Below, piece by piece: positions 31,196 to 38,967 of a stretch of 38,967 nt of DNA. This stretch comes from Trichomonas gallinae. Its lineage: Eukaryota. Location: contig MRSU01010815.1 in the NCBI GenBank assembly GCA_008369845.1, forward strand, positions 1-38,967. The letters are read 5' to 3'. The notes beneath the pieces are model-generated. The model did no database searches, was not told where the DNA came from, and saw only the letters and a list, made by a program, of their open reading frames with translations. Every line of letters starts with the position of its first letter. The first letter of the stretch is position 1. Position numbers and translations under genes: made by a program.

Positions 31196-31752
31196 TATAT
31201 TTTTCGCGGTAGACTTTATTTATTTGATATATATCTTTTGTATATTGTAATTACTTATAGCAAACTATTATTTAACTAAATTTTACGAAAAACTAATTTT
31301 CAAAATATTTCAAGAAGCTTTCATCCATATAACATTTGTACTGTAATTTACATATATGAACGGAAGTTGATACAATTCAAAAGTAATGTGTTTTTCTTAT
31401 CCGGAATAAAATATAAGTTTTCTTTTGCATTGCTATGTTCAATGTATTGTCATCTGGCAATATTATGTATATTTGATTCTAACAAGATAGAATCAAATTT
31501 ATCATTTTTCATATAATGTTTAATCGATAATGCATATATTAGGCAAATTCAAATTATATATTATATTCAACAATCTATATTTACGCGTTGTAATTACAAT
31601 AGAATGAATTTTAAAATAAAATTTGATATCAAAGCTGCATTTAACAAGAATCTTTGGTATGAACAACTTTTGAAATAGATGCTGATGATAATTTGCAATA
31701 GCAAATTTTTAGTTTTTTTATTGGCGTCATCATTGATTATTCATCTAAATAA

Positions 31753-32817
31753 ATGAGTGAGATTAATGATGACGATGATGCACCAATAGTTATATCCAAG
31801 TCTACTAGAACAAGAAATACAAGAACAAGGCAAAAATCACGCGAAATTCTTGAAGAAAAAACAGAGGAAAAACACAAATTCGAAATTGCTCCTCCAAAGG
31901 AACCATGTGCACCACAGAATGGTAATATGAGGAGGAATCCAAGAATACCAAAGGCAAAATCCGACTTACCGAAAGAAAAAATTCTATTACAACCAGAATC
32001 TAAAATAGAAGAGCAAAAACAGAATAAAGAGGAAGAAAAACGGATTCCTCCTCAGCAGAATGAAATTGAAGAAAAAATCGAAGAAAATTATGATTCAATC
32101 ATTATCAACGAAAGCCAGATAGAAGAACCAGAAGAAAATCCAAATCCCAATACAAATGAAACCACTCATCAAGAATTAAAACAAAATATTATATCAATTC
32201 CTGAAACCAATCAAAAAACACGAGATACAGAAAGAAAACACACTGAAACCAATAAAACAATCGAATATTCAATAGCATTGATCAAAGACACAATTTCTTC
32301 AAAAATGTTAACTTTTTCTAAGGATACAGATACAATTTTTACATGCAAGAAACACAGAAACGAGTTTTATATCAATAAAGGTAATGATTGCCATATTTCT
32401 GGCACTCATGATTATTCTATTGAATTTATTAAAGCAGAAGATTCATGGAAACTTTATTCTCTACCAAATCACGAATTATTGCTCACAATGAAGAAACATA
32501 TGGTTAACATACGTCTAACAAAGCTGAAATCAGTTGATATCATGATGTTTGATATTGACTGTGTAACAGATAAAGAAACAATCAAATTACATACTATGGT
32601 TCCTAGAAACAGAGATGGCTCACTTGTTTTAAAGTTCGGGAACAAATTTGTTAAAAATTCTGCGAAGAATATTATTCTTCTTGATCAGACAGAAAGAAAG
32701 ATATTTGAGATCTTCATGGTTGCAGATAATTATATGCGATTGGACATAATTCGAAATATTGATATTCCAGAAATATATTTATCAGTAATATCCTTCATTA
32801 ACTGGTTTGCACACTAG
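31753..32817 (+). CDS. Hypothetical protein: disordered N-terminus and Tubby-C-like C-terminal domain
   Basis: PRNRDGSLVLKFGNKFVKNSAKNIIL resembles Tubby P.W....LNF.GRV..ASVKNFQL; beta-rich C-terminal half ending in a helix. Confidence 0.65.
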   Translation: MSEINDDDDAPIVISKSTRTRNTRTRQKSREILEEKTEEKHKFEIAPPKEPCAPQNGNMRRNPRIPKAKSDLPKEKILLQPESKIEEQKQNKEEEKRIPPQQNEIEEKIEENYDSIIINESQIEEPEENPNPNTNETTHQELKQNIISIPETNQKTRDTERKHTETNKTIEYSIALIKDTISSKMLTFSKDTDTIFTCKKHRNEFYINKGNDCHISGTHDYSIEFIKAEDSWKLYSLPNHELLLTMKKHMVNIRLTKLKSVDIMMFDIDCVTDKETIKLHTMVPRNRDGSLVLKFGNKFVKNSAKNIILLDQTERKIFEIFMVADNYMRLDIIRNIDIPEIYLSVISFINWFAH

Positions 32818-33792
32818 TATTGGAGAGTATATTATTATTATCATGCTTGCTTTTAAAATTTTTGTTTGTAGTTAATATTTCAATATTTTATATTGGATAT
32901 ACACATATCCATACTTGAACCAACATAAGCTGACAAACATAATATTATGCCTTGATTTAGAGTAGATATTAAGAGTTGCTATTGTTTTTTCCAAATAGAC
33001 AAGCAATTAAGACGTTTTGCTCAATATATACATAAGTAGACTATATTTAAATCAAATACAATCACGCTATCAATAGAATGACATTTAATAATTTCCGCCC
33101 TGAGAAAATCTTCATATTTCGGATGAAAACAATGATATATCAGTTAAGCAGCATCATTTTGTTATAAATACAACATTGTCATCCTATAATATCTTAATCG
33201 TTTATAAAAATCAAATTGAAAAAAAGTTCTATATCGCCCAATATAATTCTGGACTTTATAAATCGTTTCTATACACATTTTTGCTATTATCCCTTCGTAA
33301 AATTATTGATTTATCCCAATTTTGAGAACAATTTCATTGAGCATCAAAAAATAAGACCATATTCTACACCATCATCCACTACAAATCTAAAATATCAAAA
33401 AATTTCTCCTAATTTTGAAAGCTACAATTTAAAAAAAAAACAAAATTGATTCCACACAATATATAACATTCATGGATTTCTCCTAAAATTCAAAGCTTAC
33501 TTCATCTTTCTCAATTTCATTTGAAAAACGAATTTTTAGCACTAATATATCCTATTTAAATAAAAATATTTCAAAAAGATTATTCATCGTTTTTATTCAA
33601 AAATTCATAACCCTTTCAATGAGATTTCGTTTTCGTTACTGGCATCTTTAGCATCTCCTAATTCTAGATTTTTACAGTTTTTTCCTTAACTGAAAAAATA
33701 TATTATTATTATATATATATTCTATATATTTATTATTGATAAAAATAAAAAAATTCAAAAAAAAAAAAAAAAACGATGACCATATATTTTCT

Positions 33793-34992
33793 ATGTTTTT
33801 GATACTTCTTTCACTCGTTGCCTGCAATGGTCCAAAGTTGGACAGCCGTGTTGTTGCAGATTCAAATGGTGATATGGAGTCAACATATCCAAAGGTCGTT
33901 GATGTTTGGTTCATGACAATTATGATTGCATTCTTGATGATGTTCATTAAGAAGTACGAATGGGGCGTAATGCTTGCTACACTTCTTTCTTCGGCTACAG
34001 TTTTCATTGTATACTCTTTCTTGAAGGCCGTAGTTTTCGGAATTCACGGACACAGAGAATTCTCCTACGAAGTTGCCGCTGAAGCTATTCTCGCTGCTAT
34101 AGCCTACGCTATTTCAATCGGTGTCTTCGTCGGTACAATCAAGTACTGGCAGTACATCATGGTAGGTATATTTTTCTCCTTAGCCTTCTTCCTCGTGGAC
34201 TGGCTCATCATCACACAAGAAGTCATCCGTGGCTGCGTTGATCCAGGAGGTGCTATCGCCGTCCACATGTTTGCTTGCTATTTTGGCATTGGCGTTGCTC
34301 TTGCCGTCCGCGAGAAGCGTGTTGTTGGCGTTGAATTCCACTTCACAACACACTCTGTCAACTGGCTCTGGCTCGCTGTCACACTTTTGTTCGTTCTTTG
34401 GCCATCTTTCACATCAATCTTCTGGAAGGGTGAAGCTGGCTGGGAAAGCACAATCACAACATACATGGCTGGTCTCGGTTCAATGATTTCCGCCTACTTC
34501 GCTGAACTCGCTTGCAAGAAGGGCGGAAAGATTGATCCAGTTATCTACGCTGTCGCTCTCCTTGGTGGCTGCGTTGGTATTTCAACCTCCCTCTTCATCG
34601 TCGGCCCATGGGGTGGCCTCCTTGTTGGCGTCATTTCTGGTGTCGTTTCAGTTTTATCTTTCAACTTCCTTCATCCATTCCTCCAGAAGAAGCTCGGCAT
34701 TGCCGATGTTATGGGTGTCCACAACCTTCACGGTGTCTGCTCTTGGGTTGCTACATTCGTTGGCCTTATTGGTGCTTATTGCAAGAAATTCCCAGGTGTT
34801 TGGACACTTGTTGGCGCTCTTATCTCCTTCTCCATCTCCCTCCTCTCCGGTCTCGTTGCCGGTGGATTCGTCAGACTTACAAAGTGCGGCGAAATTCCAA
34901 ATGAGAGATTCATGTGCGATGAAGGCGATTTCATCTTCCCAGGTCTTGATGAGGAAGAGGTAGGTACCAAGAAACCAGTTGAAGAGCTTTGA
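33793..34992 (+). CDS. Rh-type (Rh50-like) ammonium/ammonia transporter, Amt/Mep/Rh family
   Basis: FLMMFIKKY, DPGGAIAVHMFACYFG, LWPSF and GVHNLHG (twin-His pore); about 11 hydrophobic segments; signal-like N-terminus MFLILLSLVAC starting at 33793. Confidence 0.9.
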   Translation: MFLILLSLVACNGPKLDSRVVADSNGDMESTYPKVVDVWFMTIMIAFLMMFIKKYEWGVMLATLLSSATVFIVYSFLKAVVFGIHGHREFSYEVAAEAILAAIAYAISIGVFVGTIKYWQYIMVGIFFSLAFFLVDWLIITQEVIRGCVDPGGAIAVHMFACYFGIGVALAVREKRVVGVEFHFTTHSVNWLWLAVTLLFVLWPSFTSIFWKGEAGWESTITTYMAGLGSMISAYFAELACKKGGKIDPVIYAVALLGGCVGISTSLFIVGPWGGLLVGVISGVVSVLSFNFLHPFLQKKLGIADVMGVHNLHGVCSWVATFVGLIGAYCKKFPGVWTLVGALISFSISLLSGLVAGGFVRLTKCGEIPNERFMCDEGDFIFPGLDEEEVGTKKPVEEL

Positions 34993-35519
34993 GATTCTTC
35001 AAATAAAATAGTACTTTAATATTAAGAATAAACATTTCGCTAATTAGGAAAAGACTTCAATATAATTTTTTTTGACGAAGGGAAAAATGACAAGCAGTTT
35101 TGACATTATTTTTGGTAAATTTTTATTGTTGAAAAATAATAAAGCACATCACCAGCTAAATGGAGCAGATTTGCATTGCAAACAACTAATCAATGGCTTT
35201 TCGGAGGTTTCGGTTCGATTTTAGTGGTTATTCAGGAAAAAATAAAAATTATTTCCGATTTCATTCAGCAAGAATAAAATATTCAACGAAAAAATCGTTC
35301 AACATTGTAATCACATTATAACTACATATTAACGAAAGCCAATATCACGAAGTTAGGTGAGCAATAAAAAACAACCAATAAAATCAAAGCCAGTTAATTA
35401 AATTCCTCATAGCAGAAATAAACAAAGTCATAAACTGTTTTGTTTTAAAATCATGATATTGAAAAAGTGCCGCTAAAAGTGCTTTACAACCATTCAAAAT
35501 TATTGGCCACTATGACTTA

Positions 35520-35570
35520 AAAGTGACGTGTTCGTGTCAAACCGTTTTTGTAATTTGTGTCAAACCGCTA
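35520..35570 (+). promoter_or_regulatory. Core-promoter motif cluster (AAAGTGAC plus Myb-like AACCG(T/C)T sites)
   Basis: AAAGTGAC at 35520, AACCGTTT at 35539 and AACCGCTA at 35563; AAAGTG variants at 35464 and 35476. Confidence 0.5.
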
Positions 35571-35591
35571 ATTTTGGCGGGTTTTAATTTC

Positions 35592-36035
35592 ATGTCGAAC
35601 GAATTGCCTGCGATGATCCAATCCATTGACCAACATGCCCCAGCTGCTGCTCCAGCGAAAGATGGCGCTCAGTGGCAGGATGGTACATACAATAATCAGT
35701 ATCCAGCGTTTTTCAACGGTATCCATGGTTCTACAGAGATAATCCAACCAACCGAATCAACCGGCACCAAGGAAAAGGAGCGCATTGCCGAACGCCTCGC
35801 TGGTTTCAATCCAAAGGATAACACTGTCTGGCATGAAATTACACAGAGATTCGGCGCTAGCATCAAGCAGCCTGAATTATTGAGTATTGCCAACGTTCTC
35901 GCTCAGAATGCAAATATCAAGTTAGATCGCGACGCAAAGAGGAGAAAATCTGTTCTTATTAAGTGGTTTGAAGAGAACTGGCAGTCAATTCGCCCATTCC
36001 TGGATTATGTCGTTCTTGAGGATAGCCACCAGTAA
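35592..36035 (+). CDS. Parabasalid-type small helical-domain protein (LDRxAKR..L..WF.ENW family)
   Basis: Likely start MSNEL at 35592; motif ELLSIA....IKLDRDAKRRKSVLIKWFEENW, which I recall from an expanded trichomonad hypothetical family. Confidence 0.85.
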   Translation: MSNELPAMIQSIDQHAPAAAPAKDGAQWQDGTYNNQYPAFFNGIHGSTEIIQPTESTGTKEKERIAERLAGFNPKDNTVWHEITQRFGASIKQPELLSIANVLAQNANIKLDRDAKRRKSVLIKWFEENWQSIRPFLDYVVLEDSHQ

Positions 36036-36705
36036 GAAGATGGTGTGATTTATTAGTTAATTTCTCCAATAGTAAGAAAATACAATTCCTTTTTTTGATT
36101 GATTAAACAAACAATATCATTTATTTTTTCTTTGATTATTCTTTATAATTTCGTCGAAAAAACGCCAAAAAAACAACCCGGCAAAATCCCATGTTCGGAG
36201 TTCATCGGTCTTGTTCGCGGATTCGTAATATTTGCCTTCCTCTCTATTCATTAATAATGTATTTGCATGTCATAACATCCGATTTTGGGTGTCAAATGGC
36301 AGAATTAATGTCTTTTTTCCAAAACTAGGAGTTAACCTCCCAAACATAAAAAAATATAAAGAGAATCGCATTTGCTGCATAGTGGAGTCAGATTTTGGTG
36401 TCAGAACGTATTTGCCTCTAACAAAAAAAAACCCCGCCAAATTTCATAAAAAATAAACTTAAAATTTTAATACGTATTCTCAGAGAGATATTTCTTTATT
36501 TATAAAATCTTTTGTCAATTTTCCAAAAAAGTCACTCAACAATTTTATTGATTTATTTTTCGGCAAATTTCGGATTATCTTCCGTGCATTATTAATACAT
36601 ACAGACTAATTCATATATTTTTGTAGGTTCGGCCTATGAAATATGAATTTTATATTTATTGTTGATAATAATTAAAGAGAGACAGTATAATATTTATTAA
36701 TCTAT

Positions 36706-37140
36706 TCAGAATTTGATGCGCTCTGGTTCGATCTTGAGGACTTCTGAGCATAATGAGCATGGATTGCTGATTAAAAGTTTGGCTGGGTTGGTGCATGTGC
36801 AGAAATGCATCTCTTTGACAGATGGAAGGATGACTCTGAATGTTTTTGATAAGTTATCCTCGACATAATCAAGTTTAGAGTCATGGAAATAGGCTAAAGA
36901 TTGATCATCCAAAACAACCTGAGCTCCATCCTTCTTGAAAACGTTATCATTGCTACCAGCATGTGCATCAAATCTGAAAATGTACTGTATTTCTTCGACA
37001 CCGATCTTCTTGAGGTCGATTCTCAACATCTGTTTGTCATTATCAGCACCAAGCATCTTCTTTATCTGAGCAGCAGCAGCCGGTGTAACTTCGAAAGCAT
37101 GTTTAGCACTAGAAAAGCCACGAACTAAGCTTGCAAGCAT
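36706..37140 (-). CDS. Hydrogenosomal HesB/IscA-like (A-type Fe-S carrier fold) protein with atypical cysteines
   Basis: Presequence MLASLVRGF; VTPAAAAQI, LRI, D.VF..DG..VVLD..SL.YF..SKLDYV and FRV match HesB/IscA; Inr TCACA at 37144-37148. Confidence 0.85.
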   Translation of the reverse strand: MLASLVRGFSSAKHAFEVTPAAAAQIKKMLGADNDKQMLRIDLKKIGVEEIQYIFRFDAHAGSNDNVFKKDGAQVVLDDQSLAYFHDSKLDYVEDNLSKTFRVILPSVKEMHFCTCTNPAKLLISNPCSLCSEVLKIEPERIKF

Positions 37141-37310
37141 AATTGTGAGGTCAAAAGTTATTTTTTCTTTAGTGTAAAATTTTAAGCTGGTCACTCAGGA
37201 TATTTGAGATTTCGATATTATTGAAATAACTGAACAATTCTCAACAAATGAAATCATTCGATAATTCAATCTAAATTGAATTAATTTTTTTTTGACTATA
37301 ACGACTCTAC

Positions 37311-37362
37311 TTGTCATTTTTAATCAGTTTACATGACAATTTTTCATTTTTTGACATGTAAA
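37311..37362. promoter_or_regulatory. TTTACATGACAA / TTTGACATGTAAA cluster in a divergent promoter
   Basis: TTGTCAT..ATGACAA spans 29 bp (37311-37339), the same geometry as 16560-16588; a further copy at 37350-37362. Confidence 0.55.
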
Positions 37363-37454
37363 GTTAATTAAGATAATAATTAATATTTGTTAGTATTTGT
37401 ATTATATGGTTTGATTTTGCTAAAATTTAATAAATAACGAACTTCATTATAAAA

Positions 37455-38633
37455 ATGGATCCATCTTTAGCGTCACCACAGAAGAGTTTACTTTTAAGAA
37501 GTCGCAAAAACTTAGACTCACGCATATTAGACATGCCTATTGATGTGGATGAGGAATTAAGCAACTTAGTTACTCAAATTGAATCAAATACTTTCGCAAT
37601 TTTGTCAATAAAACAAAAGTTTTCGTTAATGAAAAAGAATGGTGATGAATTCAAACAAGAAGCTCAATCAAAACTCGAATCTTTCAACAAATTAATTGCT
37701 GATCTCGAAAAAAGAACATTAGAAACATTCGATTCATATAACCAACGTTTAGATAAGATGGAAGTGTTATCATTCAGGCCATCAATGTTTCATCCTTCAA
37801 AATCTTTCGTTATTCCAACAAATAATGAAATTACGACTATTAGCAACACAGATGATTACATATTTATTGGTACTGATATCTCAATGATTTTCGTTTTCTC
37901 ATTTGATACATTACAAAAGTTTGTTGATTTGGGACCTTTCGATAATAACCCAATTACTAAGCTTTGTTCGTTCAAAATCGACACAACAACATATGTACTC
38001 TCATATACGAACACTAGAACAGTTTTTATCTCTGATCCAAGTAAACCTGCTTTTCAAGTTAAGCATAATGGCCACAACTTTGTATGCTGGCCTCCTTCAC
38101 TCAACTGCAAGTACAAATTTGCTATATTTAGACAAAAAGAAATTAGATTATTTTCAAATAGCTTAGATCAGTATGATACATTAACAGTCACGGCAACATT
38201 AGGAGCCGGTGCTGTCGATAAACTTGTCACTGCTCATGAAAAGAGTGTTACCATTATCAATTTCGGAGAAACTGATGAAACACGAGAAACAATTGATTTT
38301 TCATTCGAAATCACACATTTAACAGCTTCAAGGTCCTTCTACTGCGTGTCAGGAAAGGAAGAAATTGTCATTTGCAATTATGATGGCACAAGGAAGCAAA
38401 TCAATTTCAACCATCCAACAAACTTCTTGACATCGAATGAATTCTACATATTCAGGATTGCAAACAAAATGCAGATAGAAGTTTACGATGCGTTTGGCAA
38501 GAATAGCGTCGTCTACATTGGAAGTGATGACTGGTCTCCACATGATGGACATGAAGCACCAACAGCTGCATGTCTCTGCGATTCTGTCATCATGACAGGA
38601 AAAGCTACAAAATGCGTGATTTGGTCAGAGTAA
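37455..38633 (+). CDS. Hypothetical protein: N-terminal coiled coil and probable WD40-like beta-propeller
   Basis: Heptad-rich N-terminus followed by repeated short beta segments (ITTI, YIFIGT, IFVF, ITKL, ITHL, CVIW); Inr TCATT at 37444. Confidence 0.78.
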   Translation: MDPSLASPQKSLLLRSRKNLDSRILDMPIDVDEELSNLVTQIESNTFAILSIKQKFSLMKKNGDEFKQEAQSKLESFNKLIADLEKRTLETFDSYNQRLDKMEVLSFRPSMFHPSKSFVIPTNNEITTISNTDDYIFIGTDISMIFVFSFDTLQKFVDLGPFDNNPITKLCSFKIDTTTYVLSYTNTRTVFISDPSKPAFQVKHNGHNFVCWPPSLNCKYKFAIFRQKEIRLFSNSLDQYDTLTVTATLGAGAVDKLVTAHEKSVTIINFGETDETRETIDFSFEITHLTASRSFYCVSGKEEIVICNYDGTRKQINFNHPTNFLTSNEFYIFRIANKMQIEVYDAFGKNSVVYIGSDDWSPHDGHEAPTAACLCDSVIMTGKATKCVIWSE

Positions 38634-38967
38634 TCATCATTTACCATTTCAAATAATAATGAATTATTTAATCATTTCTTTAATGATGCATTATGTCTTT
38701 TTACAGCGCAATATAATTATACTATAGTTATTTAATCCAAATGTTCAACGCATTAATAAGCAGAAACTATTCCTTTTATGTATGTATAGATTATTTATTA
38801 TTAAAGATGTTATTTTAATATTTTGATTCACTTTATGATTTTTACGCTGCTATTGTCTGCTTTTTTTTATCTTTTAAAAATATTGTTATATTACCGTACG
38901 TTTCCAATTTTTTCCCAAATTTTTTTGGTACCCAAAAATACGTATTTTGTTAATTTCTCGATGAATA

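Noticed and set aside
33736..33792. Poly-Lys N-terminal extension of the Rh ORF and A17 run (33757-33773)
   Set aside because: Non-ATG start and translation of a promoter poly-A tract; no target-site duplication to indicate a retroposed tail
1..38967. tRNA, rRNA, snRNA genes and intact transposons
   Set aside because: No cloverleaf or rRNA-like tracts, transposase/integrase ORFs, or long terminal inverted repeats recognised by eye; small RNAs could be missed without a covariance search

Overview
AT-rich eukaryotic genomic DNA with compact genes and no recognisable introns, almost certainly from a trichomonad (parabasalid, Trichomonas-like). Evidence: Inr-type TCAYW elements a few bases before ATGs, a hydrogenosomal presequence (MLASLVRGF) on an IscA-like protein, an expanded set of ankyrin genes and fragments, and trichomonad-style codon usage. 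About 22 protein genes are supported, including Rpt1, V-ATPase subunit C, a DEAD-box helicase, a NEK kinase, a SART3/Prp24-like protein, a TALE homeodomain protein, a Sec7-PH GEF, an adaptin mu subunit, enolase, a Rab, an Rh/Amt transporter, an IscA-like protein, a SWSAP1-like ATPase and several hypotheticals. One 58-aa ORF is missing from the supplied track, and there is a multiply disrupted ankyrin pseudogene. The most striking unexplained signal is an element, TTTACATG(A/T/G)CAAA, that clusters at five promoter-side intergenic sites and sometimes forms fixed-spacing inverted pairs. Also notable are a Cys-rearranged IscA, a possible dead kinesin motor, a 27-bp inverted copy of a gene start and a decayed ~110-bp tandem array. 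All family calls are by eye from motifs; no searches were run.
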